32,000 bases of DNA from Erysipelotrichaceae bacterium (GCA_028698185.1 JAQVDW010000009.1:1-32000); one strand, 5' to 3'. Shown: positions 8,755 through 19,930, numbered from the stretch's first letter. Notes: generated from the letters alone by a model not told the origin. Numbers and translations are program-made.

Positions 8755-8836
8755 CACTTTCTCCTTGGTAATTCATTTTTACTATAATACCGCATTCCTG
8801 AGGAGGTTTCCACAATTTATTTTCCCCTGATGCGTG

Positions 8837-8861
8837 AAAAAAATAGGGCAGCGCCCTATTT
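8837..8861 (-). terminator. rho-independent terminator of rnc
   Basis: On the minus strand, AAATAGGGC-gct-GCCCTATTT is followed by a U-tract (plus-strand A-run 8837-8843). The rnc TAG stop lies in the 5' arm. Confidence 0.6.
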
Positions 8862-9536
8862 TGCCAGCTTGCTCAAGGCTGCTTTCGCGGCTTTTTGTTC
8901 CGCCCGCTTCTTCGACGAACCAGTCCCCACCCCAAGACAGATATCGCCCATCATCACACTGATGGTGAATGTCGGGGCATTCGATGGTCCCTTGGCTTCA
9001 AGCAGCTTGTAAGCCACCGTTTTCCTAGAATCCGCCTGGATCAGCTCCTGAAGCGTTGTTTTATAATCCGTAATGTCGTCATAATCGACATCAGTGACAT
9101 GCTTGAAGATGGTCCGATTAAGGATTTTCAAAACCTCATCTTCGCCAAGATCGCTGTAAACCGCACCGATCAACGCTTCGAAGACATTGGCCAGCACCGA
9201 GTCACGATTGGCTCCACCGTTGTTTCTTTCACCCAGACCTAAATAAACATAATTGCCGATTTTCAATTCCCTGGCAAAACGGGCCAACGATTCTTCCCGG
9301 ACAAGCTTCGAGCGCAAAGTCGTCAGCTTGCCTTCAGGTTTATTTGGGTATAAGTTAAAGATATGGCGTGAAACATAAAGCTGCAATACCGCATCGCCTA
9401 AAAATTCGAGCCGTTCATAGTGTCGGGCATTCTTGTGCCTTTCATTGGCATATGAGGGGTGCGTGAATGCCTCCTTGTATATTTTCAAGTTGTTCCAAGG
9501 GATATTGTTGTCCTTGAGAAACTGTTCTACTCCCAT
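8856..9536 (-). CDS. rnc: ribonuclease III
   Basis: 226 aa with the RNase III signature ERLEFLGDAVL and a C-terminal dsRBD (GPSNAPTF...GSSKKRAEQKAAKAAL). Confidence 0.95.
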   Translation of the reverse strand: MGVEQFLKDNNIPWNNLKIYKEAFTHPSYANERHKNARHYERLEFLGDAVLQLYVSRHIFNLYPNKPEGKLTTLRSKLVREESLARFARELKIGNYVYLGLGERNNGGANRDSVLANVFEALIGAVYSDLGEDEVLKILNRTIFKHVTDVDYDDITDYKTTLQELIQADSRKTVAYKLLEAKGPSNAPTFTISVMMGDICLGVGTGSSKKRAEQKAAKAALSKLAK

Positions 9537-10510
9537 TTATTCAAACCTTCTTCCAATTTTTCAACCACCTTTTCATCAGCCATGGCGATGGCCAATTCAA
9601 TTGCTTTTAGCACCGATTCGCTGTTCGAAGAACCATGCGCCTTGATGACCGGTTTGACAAAGCCCATCATCAAGGCTCCTCCGGCAGCGTCCGCCCCGAA
9701 CTGGGATTTCAACCGGTACAATCCCGATTTGGCCAGAAGAGCCCCCAGTTTGCTTTTCCAGCTTGACTTGAAGGTGTCCTTCAAGGCGCTCATCAGCACT
9801 TTCGCGGTCCCTTCAATCGTCTTTAAAGCGACGTTTCCGGTGAACCCGTCAGTAACAACTATGTCGACTTCCCCTTGCAGGATGTCGGTCCCTTCGACAT
9901 TGCCCGCAAAGTTCAAGTTGTTGGAACCTGTGAGCAGTTGGTAAGTCTGCTGATGGAGCTCATCGCCCTTCTTGGTTTCCGTGCCAATGTTCAACAGGCC
10001 GATCTTCGGATTGGCAATCTTCAACACATTTTGTGCATAGACATTGGCCATGACCGCAAATGAAACCAGCTGGCTTGGCGTGTTGCTCGCATTGGCTCCC
10101 ACGTCAAGCATCAGCACCCCTTTGTTGTTGATTGTCGGCAGACTTGCCATCAGACAAGACTTTTCCACCCCGGCCAGTCTTTTAAGAAAAAGCATCGCAC
10201 AGGCGTAGTATATCCCGGTGTTGCCACATGACAGCACCGCATCGACCTTGTCTTCCTTTGCCAGGGTTATCGCCTTGACCAATGAAGCCTCCTTGTTGCG
10301 GCGGATTGCCATAATCGACTCTTCCATGGTCAGAACTGAGCGGGCGTCAAGAATCTCGACGTTTTCATAATTCTTCAATCTATCCAATTCTTCTATTTTT
10401 CCCACAACCACAAACTGGTTGGTTTTGTCATTTTTTAAATGCTCAATTAAAGCATCAACCACAATGCCACTGCCTTTATCACCACTCATGGCATCAATAG
10501 CTAATTTCAT
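9527..10510 (-). CDS. plsX: phosphate acyltransferase PlsX
   Basis: 327 aa with N-terminus MKLAIDAMSGD and a PlsX-like core (VGANA, GFTGNVALK). RBS GAGGTGA. The 3' end overlaps the rnc start by 10 nt. Confidence 0.95.
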   Translation of the reverse strand: MKLAIDAMSGDKGSGIVVDALIEHLKNDKTNQFVVVGKIEELDRLKNYENVEILDARSVLTMEESIMAIRRNKEASLVKAITLAKEDKVDAVLSCGNTGIYYACAMLFLKRLAGVEKSCLMASLPTINNKGVLMLDVGANASNTPSQLVSFAVMANVYAQNVLKIANPKIGLLNIGTETKKGDELHQQTYQLLTGSNNLNFAGNVEGTDILQGEVDIVVTDGFTGNVALKTIEGTAKVLMSALKDTFKSSWKSKLGALLAKSGLYRLKSQFGADAAGGALMMGFVKPVIKAHGSSNSESVLKAIELAIAMADEKVVEKLEEGLNKWE

Positions 10511-10539
10511 ATCGTCACCTCATCTGAATTTTTTTGTTT

Positions 10540-10548
10540 ATTATACCA
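10540..10548 (-). promoter_or_regulatory. possible extended -10 element upstream of plsX
   Basis: The minus strand reads TGgTATAAT in the 41-nt recG-plsX spacer. There is no convincing -35. Confidence 0.3.
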
Positions 10549-10551
10549 TAA

Positions 10552-12555
10552 TTAATCGATATATAGATTATTATTTTGCGATTCCATCTCAATTTCGGCC
10601 AATATTTTCAAGTAACGCGGGTCATTTGATTTGCCGGCGAGCATCATCGCCGCATCATCCCGGGCCAGGACCAGAATGTCATAGTCGTTTTTGATATCGC
10701 CATAGTCGAATCGAGTCAATCCCGACTGGCGATTGCCCAGTATCTCACCCGGTCCACGGTAGAGAAGGTCCTGGTTGGCGATTTCAAAACCATCGTTGCA
10801 ATTCACCATGAACTCCAGCCGCTGTTTGGCTTGGGGATTGTCGCTGCTAGAAAGCAGGTAGCAAATCCCTTGGATATCGCTGCGTCCGACCCGGCCGCGC
10901 AACTGATGGAGCTGTGACAAGCCGAAACGGTCGGCGTTGTAGATGACCATCATGTTGGCATTGGCCACGTTGACCCCTTCTTCGATGACTGTAGTGGCCA
11001 CCAGGATCTGGACCTTGTTGGCCTTGAACTGTTCCATGATATCGTTTTTCTGGTCATCCTTGAGCCGCCCGTGGAGCAGACCAACTTCGTATCTGTCTTT
11101 GAAATACTTGGCCATGCCCTGAAAGATGTTCATGGCATCACGGGTGTCTGTTTTCTCATTTTCGCTCACCAGCGGACAGACCACATATACCTGGCCTCCG
11201 GTTGAAAGATATTCGACCAGGTCCTTCAATATCGGCTTCATCGTATCCCCTTGAACCAATCGGGTCACCACATCCTTGCGGTTGACCGGCTTGGTCTTGA
11301 TTGTCGAGACATCCATATCACCGTACACGGTCATCGCCAATGTCCGGGGGATTGGCGTTGCCGACATGACCATGAAATCGACCAAATCCCCTTTATCCTT
11401 GAGCGCTTTGCGCTGGTTGACCCCGAAGCGGTGCTGCTCATCGGCCACAACCATCCCCAGTCTGCAATACCCGACTTTCTCCTGAAAAAGGGCATGGGTT
11501 CCGATAACTAGATCGATTTCTCCGTCAAGCAGCTGGGCGTAAAGGGTCTCCTTGTCCTTGCTCGATCCGGTAAGAAGGCCAATTCGCATTTGCGTACTTT
11601 CAAAGAATTTGGCAAATGTCTGGTAATGCTGGCGGGCGAGGATTTCGGTTGGCGCCATCAGGGCCCCCTGATATCCGCTCAGGTAATTGGCATAAAGACC
11701 AATGGCACAGACGACAGTCTTGCCGCTGCCGACGTCCCCTTGCAAGAAGCGATACATCTGTTTGCTTCTGGCAAGGTCATCGAGTATTTCCTCGACAGCA
11801 GCCACCTGGTCACTTGTCAGATCGAAGTGGAGACTCCCCACAAACTGTTCCACCTTGGTCCGGTCGAACTCCTTGGCGATTCCGGTTATTCGCGATTGGA
11901 GATATCTGACATATTGGATCGCAAGCTGGAATCTGAAAAACTCCAGATACTTGAAATAGCGGCTGGCCTGGGCGATATCCTCTTTTGTTTGAGGGAAATG
12001 GATAAGTTCCAGGGCGAGCTTTTGTTTTATCAGCTGGTTTTTTACCAGCAGAATCTCCGGCAGCTGTTCTTCAATTTGCGTACCAATATGCTTCAAAGCC
12101 TTTTTAACATAGCCTTGGTAGCTTCTTCTGGTCATCCCGTCAACAAGGCTGTATACCGGGGTTATTGAAGCGATTTCGCTTAGGGGCTGGAGATAAAGGT
12201 TGGATACGGTTATCTTGTTAAGGCGGGATTCATATTTGCCCGTCAGGGTCAAAGTCATGTTACGGGCCATTTTGGCCAACAGGAAATTGCGATTGAAAAT
12301 GACAGCCTTAAGTTCCTGGCCCTGATAGTCAACAGTGAAATTCATGACCTGGACCCTTCCATAGAGCGTCTTGGGCCTTTCAATCAAAGTGGCCTCGATT
12401 GTCACGCTCTCATTGTCTACAAGCGGCGTTTGCTCAATCACTTCATAGCGACGCGGAAAGTTGAAAACAAGGTCTTCCATCGTGTGAATCCCCATCGCTT
12501 CAAGCTGTTCCATTTTATTGGCTTTGATTTTCAATTGGCTCAATCCCTCAATCAT
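10552..12555 (-). CDS. recG: ATP-dependent DNA helicase RecG
   Basis: 667 aa with Walker A GDVGSGKT, a DEQH box, helicase C motifs (QLHQLRGRVGR) and an N-terminal wedge/OB region. Confidence 0.95.
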   Translation of the reverse strand: MIEGLSQLKIKANKMEQLEAMGIHTMEDLVFNFPRRYEVIEQTPLVDNESVTIEATLIERPKTLYGRVQVMNFTVDYQGQELKAVIFNRNFLLAKMARNMTLTLTGKYESRLNKITVSNLYLQPLSEIASITPVYSLVDGMTRRSYQGYVKKALKHIGTQIEEQLPEILLVKNQLIKQKLALELIHFPQTKEDIAQASRYFKYLEFFRFQLAIQYVRYLQSRITGIAKEFDRTKVEQFVGSLHFDLTSDQVAAVEEILDDLARSKQMYRFLQGDVGSGKTVVCAIGLYANYLSGYQGALMAPTEILARQHYQTFAKFFESTQMRIGLLTGSSKDKETLYAQLLDGEIDLVIGTHALFQEKVGYCRLGMVVADEQHRFGVNQRKALKDKGDLVDFMVMSATPIPRTLAMTVYGDMDVSTIKTKPVNRKDVVTRLVQGDTMKPILKDLVEYLSTGGQVYVVCPLVSENEKTDTRDAMNIFQGMAKYFKDRYEVGLLHGRLKDDQKNDIMEQFKANKVQILVATTVIEEGVNVANANMMVIYNADRFGLSQLHQLRGRVGRSDIQGICYLLSSSDNPQAKQRLEFMVNCNDGFEIANQDLLYRGPGEILGNRQSGLTRFDYGDIKNDYDILVLARDDAAMMLAGKSNDPRYLKILAEIEMESQNNNLYID

Positions 12556-12572
12556 TCCGTTCCCCTCTTTTC

Positions 12573-12588
12573 CTAGAATATTCTAGCA
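12573..12588 (-). promoter_or_regulatory. putative recG promoter -10 overlapping a perfect 14-bp palindrome
   Basis: The minus strand reads TGcTAGAAT (plus coordinates 12580-12588), about 25 nt upstream of ATG 12555. CTAGAATATTCTAG (12573-12586) is a perfect palindrome. Confidence 0.35.
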
Positions 12589-12620
12589 TATTCCACCCTA
12601 TTTTGAAATTGAAACCGACC

Positions 12621-12652
12621 AAAAAGAAAAAAATGCCACATTTTGTAGCATT
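12621..12652 (-). terminator. rho-independent terminator after fakA
   Basis: On the minus strand, AAUGCUACA-aaa-UGUGGCAUU (one G-U pair) lies immediately after the TAA stop at 12654. A long U-rich tract follows (plus-strand A-run 12621-12633). Confidence 0.6.
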
Positions 12653-12653
12653 C

Positions 12654-14294
12654 TTATTCGACACCGACAATAAACGAATATACCGGCTGTTGGCCGTTGA
12701 TGATATCAAGCTCCAAATCGAAATTGTCTTCGATATAGCTTTCGATTTCGGTTATCTCATGGTCATTGACACCTTGGCCCACAATCAGGGTGATCAATTC
12801 GTTTTCCTGTTCATCGACAAGACAGACAAGTGTCTTTTTTAAAGCTTCCAGACGGTCTGGATCGCTGGCAATAATCTTGCCTTGGCAAATTGCCATATGC
12901 TCATCCTTGACGATGTCGACTCCGTCGATATTGGTATCCTTGATGGCGAATGTCACCTGCCCGGTCTTGACGGTGTTTTTGGCCTCTTCCATGTTGGCCA
13001 GATTGTTATCGAGACTGTCATCAGGATTGTACATGACACATGCCGACAGCCCCTGGGGAATGGTCTTTGTCGGGATGACGATGACATTGACCTGGCCTTC
13101 TAGGACCTGGGCGGCCTGGTTGGCTGTCATGACGATATTCGAATTGTTTGGCAGGACAATCACATTGTCCGCATTGAGCTTTTTGATCTGGGTCACCAGA
13201 CTCTCAGTGGACGGATTCATTGTCTGGCCACCGGCGACAACCGCGTCGCAGTGAAGTTCCCGGAAAGCTTTTTCCACCCCTTCGCCTGCGGCAACGGCAA
13301 TAAGTGCGACTTCCTTGTGTTTGGCCGTCGCTGTCTTGTCATCGACACCGACAATGGTGTTGCCAAGATGGTCGGCTTGTTCCTGCATGTTTTCGATTTT
13401 AATTTTCAAGAACTCCCCGAACCTTTGGGCCAGATTCAAGGCATCACCCGGTTTGAGGGTATGGACATGGACCTTGACGATATCCTCATCCTGGACGCAA
13501 ACGATTGATTCCCCCGGAATACGGGCGAGTTCCTTCTTGAGCTGTTGTTCGCTGAACGTTTCGACCAGGTTGTCTTCCAGGCGGATGATGAATTCGGTGC
13601 AATAGCCATATCCTTCCTCGCCGGTTCCCGCCACCGCCAGGACCGGTTGGGCCTCTTCGGGTTTATGTGCAAGTTCCACCGGTTTGCCATTTAGTGCTCC
13701 GTCGAACCCCTTGAATACTTCAAGCAATCCGGCTCCACCAGAATCCACAACCCCGACTTCCTTGAGGACCGGTAGCAGTTCCGGGGTATGCTGCAGCGAC
13801 TTGTCGCATGCGGCAAGGAAATATTTGAAGATCTCTTCGATTGTAAGATCACCGCTACTGTAATTGCCAGTTGCATCGCTACCCTCGCGGATCACCGTCA
13901 ATATCGTCCCTTCGACCGGACGCATGACCGCCTTGTAGGCGATAGCCGCTCCGTTTTTAAGGGCATGGGCCAGCTGTGAAGCGTCGACTGCTTCAAGACC
14001 TTCAACTCCCATGGCAAAGCCCCGGAAGATCTGTGACAGGATAACACCGGAATTTCCGCGCGCCCCCATCAAAAGACCCTTCGAAAGTTTTTTGGCCACC
14101 ACACTGATTGGCTCGTCTTGAAGATCTTTGATCTCGTTGGCTCCGGCTCTGAAGGTCATCGACATATTCGTCCCCGTATCGCCATCCGGGACCGGGAAGA
14201 CGTTCAGGGCATCGATTCTGACCCGCTGGTTATCCAACTGATTCGCCCCTGAAACCACCATTTTGATAAAATCATTTCCATTTAATAACTGCAT
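12654..14294 (-). CDS. fakA: DAK2-domain protein, fatty acid kinase subunit FakA (YloV homologue)
   Basis: 546 aa with an N-terminal Dak2 domain (DGDTGTNM...GARGNSGVILSQ) and a DegV-like C-terminus. Conserved position downstream of asp23/yloU and opposite rpmB. Confidence 0.85.
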   Translation of the reverse strand: MQLLNGNDFIKMVVSGANQLDNQRVRIDALNVFPVPDGDTGTNMSMTFRAGANEIKDLQDEPISVVAKKLSKGLLMGARGNSGVILSQIFRGFAMGVEGLEAVDASQLAHALKNGAAIAYKAVMRPVEGTILTVIREGSDATGNYSSGDLTIEEIFKYFLAACDKSLQHTPELLPVLKEVGVVDSGGAGLLEVFKGFDGALNGKPVELAHKPEEAQPVLAVAGTGEEGYGYCTEFIIRLEDNLVETFSEQQLKKELARIPGESIVCVQDEDIVKVHVHTLKPGDALNLAQRFGEFLKIKIENMQEQADHLGNTIVGVDDKTATAKHKEVALIAVAAGEGVEKAFRELHCDAVVAGGQTMNPSTESLVTQIKKLNADNVIVLPNNSNIVMTANQAAQVLEGQVNVIVIPTKTIPQGLSACVMYNPDDSLDNNLANMEEAKNTVKTGQVTFAIKDTNIDGVDIVKDEHMAICQGKIIASDPDRLEALKKTLVCLVDEQENELITLIVGQGVNDHEITEIESYIEDNFDLELDIINGQQPVYSFIVGVE

Positions 14295-14304
14295 ATATCC
14301 TCTC

Positions 14305-14661
14305 CTACTCTATAACTCGGATCTCTTGAACATAAATATTCACCGATTCGATATTGACTCCAAGAGTAGTTTCCACCACATATTTTACTTTTTTTTGAAC
14401 TTCATGGAGAACTTCGGTCAATTTCATACCGTATCCCACTATCACATACAGATCCAAAATCAAACCGGTCTTTCCGTTGGTCGCCACGATTCCTTTGGCA
14501 TAGTTTTCCTTTTTCAACAGATCGTAGTAACCGTCCTTGAAAACCTTCTGGCTTGACATGCCCACAACACCGTAGCACTCGGTCGCAGCGCTTCCGGCAA
14601 CGGTTGCCACAACATCCAACGAGATATTGATTGTTCCCATATTATTGTTTTTTTCAATCAT
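14305..14661 (-). CDS. Asp23/Gls24 family envelope stress protein (YloU homologue)
   Basis: 118 aa with an Asp23-type sequence (ISLDVVATVAGSAATECYGVVGM). RBS AGGAGG. Synteny matches yloU-yloV. Confidence 0.85.
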   Translation of the reverse strand: MIEKNNNMGTINISLDVVATVAGSAATECYGVVGMSSQKVFKDGYYDLLKKENYAKGIVATNGKTGLILDLYVIVGYGMKLTEVLHEVQKKVKYVVETTLGVNIESVNIYVQEIRVIE

Positions 14662-14683
14662 TTTCTGGCCTCCTGATACGAAT

Positions 14684-14712
14684 ATTATACGCTTTTATGA
14701 CAGATAATACAA
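14684..14712 (-). promoter_or_regulatory. putative promoter of the asp23-fakA operon
   Basis: Minus strand: -35 TTGTAT (plus coordinates 14707-14712), a 17-nt spacer, then -10 TATAAT (14684-14689). Confidence 0.4.
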
Positions 14713-14857
14713 TTAAGATACATGAAAACACACCAATACAAATTCTATCATTTCATCTCTTCCCTGTCAATTTAAGCCGAATGTTTTCATTTCCAAAATA
14801 GTTCGAGCAATGATGAATATTCCGGAGTAAAAAAATAATCTTTTTTCATATTTAATC

Positions 14858-14886
14858 TTGATTTATCGTGGAGATAATGATATTAT
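14858..14886 (+). promoter_or_regulatory. putative rpmB promoter
   Basis: -35 TTGATT (14858-14863), a 17-nt spacer, then -10 TATTAT (14881-14886). It lies upstream of RBS AAGGAGGG and ATG 14929. Confidence 0.5.
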
Positions 14887-14928
14887 GTTTTAGCGCATGA
14901 AATACTACTAAAAAAGGAGGGTAATTAG

Positions 14929-15114
14929 ATGTCTAGAAAATGTCAAGTTAGCGGAAAAGGACCTATGTCAGGTAATACTCGTTCTCATGCTTTAAATTCT
15001 TCAAGAAGAAAATGGAACGTGAACTTACAAAAAGCCACTATTTTAGTAGATGGCAAACCTAAAAAAGTTAAAATCTCTGCAAGAGAATTAAGAACTTTAA
15101 GAAAATCTGCTTAA
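14929..15114 (+). CDS. rpmB: 50S ribosomal protein L28
   Basis: 61 aa, [35 protein letters not shown]..., the canonical L28 sequence. Strongly A/T-ending codon usage. Confidence 0.95.
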   Translation: MSRKCQVSGKGPMSGNTRSHALNSSRRKWNVNLQKATILVDGKPKKVKISARELRTLRKSA

Positions 15115-15124
15115 TCTAATAACT

Positions 15125-15150
15125 ACAGCACTTCGGTGCTGTTTTTTTTT
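15125..15150 (+). terminator. rho-independent terminator of rpmB
   Basis: ACAGCAC-ttcg-GTGCTGT followed by T9. Confidence 0.8.
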
Positions 15151-15176
15151 GCTTCTTGACGAGCAGAAGCCTGGAC

Positions 15177-15226
15177 AAAAAAAAGTGCACCGCCACCATC
15201 CGTTTTCTAGATGGCAGGGTGCACTT
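15177..15226 (-). terminator. rho-independent terminator of the dnaK operon
   Basis: On the minus strand, a long imperfect stem (AGTGCACC...GGTGCACT, about 15 bp with one bulge) is followed by U8 (plus-strand A-run 15177-15184). It starts 10 nt after the dnaJ stop. Confidence 0.7.
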
Positions 15227-15235
15227 CACACTAAA

Positions 15236-16366
15236 TCATATTTTGAAATTTTTCTTGAACGCGTCAAAGAGCGATTCTTTTTTGGTTCCTTTGCGCAGTT
15301 TCTCGAAACATTCCTTTTCTTCCCGATCAAGCTTGGTTGGGATCTGGATGTTCACTTTGACATACTGGTCACCATAATTGTCGGAACGGATGTCCTTGAC
15401 ACCTTTTCCCTTCAACCGCAACACGGCATTCGGCTGGGTTCCGGCTGGAATCTTCAGCTTGACATCGCCGGATACGGTCGGACAGTCTATCTCGCAACCG
15501 AGAACGGCATCAACAACCGAAATTGGGATCTCGATATGGATATTGCGCCCTTCACGAACAAAATATTTGTGCGGACGAACCTGGATTTCAACAAACAGGT
15601 CGCCATTTGGACCACCATTGCGGCCCCGGCCACCTTTGCCTCCCACACGGAGCTGTTGATGGGAATCGATTCCTGCCGGGATGTCAAGCTGTACAGTGAC
15701 AGTCTTGTTGACAAACCCCTTGCCATGACAGTGGGTACAGTTGTTTTTGACAGTCTTCCCCGCTCCATGACAGGTTGGACATTCCGCTTCGGTAACCACC
15801 GTTCCAAAAGGCGAGCGGACTTGCTGCTGCACGGTTCCCCGGCCCTGACAAGTCGGACAAACCTGAACATCTTCAGGGTTCTGAGCCCCGGTTCCATGAC
15901 AATGCGAACATTGTTCGTCATAGGTAACCTTGATGTCTTTTTTGACTCCCTTGATTGCTTCCATGAACTCGATAGTCAGACGCATAAGGCGGTCTTCACC
16001 CCGCATCGGACCGGTGTTACGGCGTCTTCTTGAGCCTCCGCCCCCGAAGAACGAACCGAAAATATCGCCCAAGTCGACATCCTCGAAACCGGCACCACCG
16101 AAGCCACCAAAGCCTCCGGCTCCTCCGCCTGCCCCACCTTGGGAGAACGCGGCATGGCCATAGCGGTCATATGCCGCTTTTTTATTTTCATCGGATAGAA
16201 TTTCATAGGCCTCGTTGACTTCCTTGAATTTCTCTTCCGCACCCGCTTCTTTGTTCATGTCCGGATGATACTGTTTTGCCTTTTTGCGGTAAGCACGTTT
16301 TATTTCATCTGCTGAGGCGCTCTTGGATACGCCCAAGACTTCGTAATAATCTCTTTTTTCTGCCAT
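15236..16366 (-). CDS. dnaJ: molecular chaperone DnaJ
   Basis: 376 aa with a J domain (YHPD), a G/F-rich linker and four CxxCxGxG zinc-finger repeats. Confidence 0.97.
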   Translation of the reverse strand: MAEKRDYYEVLGVSKSASADEIKRAYRKKAKQYHPDMNKEAGAEEKFKEVNEAYEILSDENKKAAYDRYGHAAFSQGGAGGGAGGFGGFGGAGFEDVDLGDIFGSFFGGGGSRRRRNTGPMRGEDRLMRLTIEFMEAIKGVKKDIKVTYDEQCSHCHGTGAQNPEDVQVCPTCQGRGTVQQQVRSPFGTVVTEAECPTCHGAGKTVKNNCTHCHGKGFVNKTVTVQLDIPAGIDSHQQLRVGGKGGRGRNGGPNGDLFVEIQVRPHKYFVREGRNIHIEIPISVVDAVLGCEIDCPTVSGDVKLKIPAGTQPNAVLRLKGKGVKDIRSDNYGDQYVKVNIQIPTKLDREEKECFEKLRKGTKKESLFDAFKKNFKI

Positions 16367-16394
16367 TGCCTAAACCTTTCCATAAATCCGTTTA

Positions 16395-16416
16395 AAACCA
16401 AGGCTTCCCTTGGTTT
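16395..16416 (-). other. intergenic hairpin between dnaK and dnaJ (weak attenuator or processing site)
   Basis: AAACCAAGG-cttc-CCTTGGTTT is a perfect 9-bp stem. Only a short U-tract follows on the minus strand. Confidence 0.4.
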
Positions 16417-16442
16417 CAAACTAATCTCGATTATTTTAAAAA

Positions 16443-18275
<1,833 letters not shown>

Positions 18276-18809
18276 TTATGCACTTACTTTAACTAATGAT
18301 GCTCGAATAACGCGATCTTTCAATTTATAACCTTTTTGCAATTCTTCTATTACCATTCCTGGGGCGATTCCCTCTACTTCCTGGGACATTACCGCCTGAT
18401 GCACATTCGGATCAAATTCCTGGTCTTTGGTTTCAATGACCTCGACACCTTCTTTTTCCAGGATATTTTTCAACTGGGTGTAGATCATCGAATAACCCTT
18501 CAAGAAAACGGCGATCTCTTCGCCAGGATTCTCGACTGCCAGTGATCTTTCAAAAGAATCAATGACCGGCAACAGCTCCTCGATGAATCTTTGCATCATG
18601 AACTTCATTGAGTTCGAGTGTTCGTTCTGGAGTCTTCTTTTCACATTCTCCATATCCGCAAATACCTTGTAGTATTCGTTTTTCCATTTGGCAACTTCGT
18701 TTTCAAGTTCCCCGATTTTATCAGTTTCGTCAGCCACTAGGACTTCCTCTTCTGGCTGGGTTGCTTCTTCTTGAATTTCTTCTTCATTTAGATTGTCATT
18801 TTGTGCCAT
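18276..18809 (-). CDS. grpE: nucleotide exchange factor GrpE
   Basis: 177 aa with an acidic N-terminus, a coiled coil and a GrpE C-terminal domain. Located between hrcA and dnaK. Confidence 0.93.
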   Translation of the reverse strand: MAQNDNLNEEEIQEEATQPEEEVLVADETDKIGELENEVAKWKNEYYKVFADMENVKRRLQNEHSNSMKFMMQRFIEELLPVIDSFERSLAVENPGEEIAVFLKGYSMIYTQLKNILEKEGVEVIETKDQEFDPNVHQAVMSQEVEGIAPGMVIEELQKGYKLKDRVIRASLVKVSA

Positions 18810-18823
18810 CTACTTCACCCCTT

Positions 18824-19858
18824 CTAATTTTCATCTTCATTATCTTCGTTGATAAGATGTTCGATACTTTTAGAAACATATTCAACTAAAGACACTACCT
18901 TCTCATAAGGCATTCTCGTCGGGCCGATTACGGCAATGGACCCTTTCGAGTTGTTTCCTGATTTGAAATTTGCGGAAACGACCGCGACATCATCAATCTC
19001 GTTGGCAATCAGATTGTTGCCGATCTTGATGGTCACCCCTTCCGCGTCGTTGAGCAGGCCGATATTCTCAAAGAAATTGGCACTTTCAAAAGCGGTGACA
19101 AGCTGGCGGAGCTTCTCGACGTCATTGTATTCAGGCTGGTAAAGCATGTTCTCCTTGCCTGAAAGATACATTTGCGTCTGGGCAAATTTCACAAAAGATT
19201 CCAGAAAAGCATTGAACAATTCCTGATGAGCCCGAACCCTTGACGAGAGCAAAGGCTTGACGTCTTTTTCCAAACGGAAGGCGACGCTGCCGATTGGCGT
19301 TCCCACGAGCATCTCGTTCATGACATTGACGCAGCTGATGACATCATCCATGTACTCCTGGGTGTCGATGTCGAATATCTTGTTCTGGACATGACCCTTG
19401 GAAGTTACGATGATCGTTGTTATCTGCTCGTTCGACAACGGAACGATGGTGATCCGCTGAAGCGTATCCATGTTCGAATCACTGCCTAGGGCCACGCTCG
19501 TCAGCGAAGTAACTTCGCTTAGCATCTCGCAGCATTCCTTGATGACCTGCGTCAGGGAATGGGAGTGCCGGGAAACAATCGCGGTGACCTGTTCTTTGAA
19601 CGCGCTGTCGACGTCAGTATGTTCGAGATTGTCGATATAAAACCGATAACCCTCTTTCGATGGGATCCGTCCCGATGATGTATGGGTCTTTTCAAGATAG
19701 CCATAATTCTCAAGGAAGCTCATTTCATTGCGAATTGTCGCACTAGAATAAGGAAGCTTATACTTGGTCATCAATGTCTTAGAACCTACCGGTTCCGCTG
19801 TTTCAATAAAATCCTCAACAATGCATTTGAATATCATCAATTGGCGTTGTGTCAACAT
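18824..19858 (-). CDS. hrcA: heat-inducible transcription repressor HrcA
   Basis: HrcA-type N-terminal winged helix (LTQRQLMIFKCIVEDFIETAEPVGSK). Start set to ATG 19858, preceded by AAAGGAGGTG. The track start at 19882 lies inside the CIRCE half-site. Confidence 0.93.
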   Translation of the reverse strand: MLTQRQLMIFKCIVEDFIETAEPVGSKTLMTKYKLPYSSATIRNEMSFLENYGYLEKTHTSSGRIPSKEGYRFYIDNLEHTDVDSAFKEQVTAIVSRHSHSLTQVIKECCEMLSEVTSLTSVALGSDSNMDTLQRITIVPLSNEQITTIIVTSKGHVQNKIFDIDTQEYMDDVISCVNVMNEMLVGTPIGSVAFRLEKDVKPLLSSRVRAHQELFNAFLESFVKFAQTQMYLSGKENMLYQPEYNDVEKLRQLVTAFESANFFENIGLLNDAEGVTIKIGNNLIANEIDDVAVVSANFKSGNNSKGSIAVIGPTRMPYEKVVSLVEYVSKSIEHLINEDNEDEN

Positions 19859-19871
19859 TGAGCCACCTCCT

Positions 19872-19898
19872 TTAGCACTCATGTTTCCTTTGTGCTAA
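19872..19898. promoter_or_regulatory. CIRCE operator 1 (HrcA binding site)
   Basis: TTAGCACTC-N9-TTGTGCTAA compared with consensus TTAGCACTC-N9-GAGTGCTAA. The left arm is perfect and the right arm has 2 mismatches. It lies between the -10 and the RBS of hrcA. Confidence 0.85.
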
Positions 19899-19902
19899 CT
19901 AT

Positions 19903-19930
19903 ATTATACATAAAATTTTAGCACTGTCAA
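19903..19930 (-). promoter_or_regulatory. sigma-A promoter of the hrcA-grpE-dnaK-dnaJ operon
   Basis: Minus strand: TTGACA (plus coordinates 19925-19930), a 16-nt spacer, then TATAAT (19903-19908). Both hexamers match consensus. Confidence 0.7.

Noticed and set aside
14662-14928. Small ORFs or an ncRNA in the 267-nt asp23/rpmB divergent spacer
   Set aside because: The candidate peptides of 16-20 codons lack an RBS. I found no convincing conserved-looking structure. The spacer is adequately explained by two divergent promoters.
15149-16033. 294-aa plus-strand ORF
   Set aside because: It lies entirely antisense to dnaJ, whose motifs are unambiguous. It has no RBS, its composition is low-complexity and it begins inside the rpmB/dnaJ terminator region. 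It is a shadow ORF.
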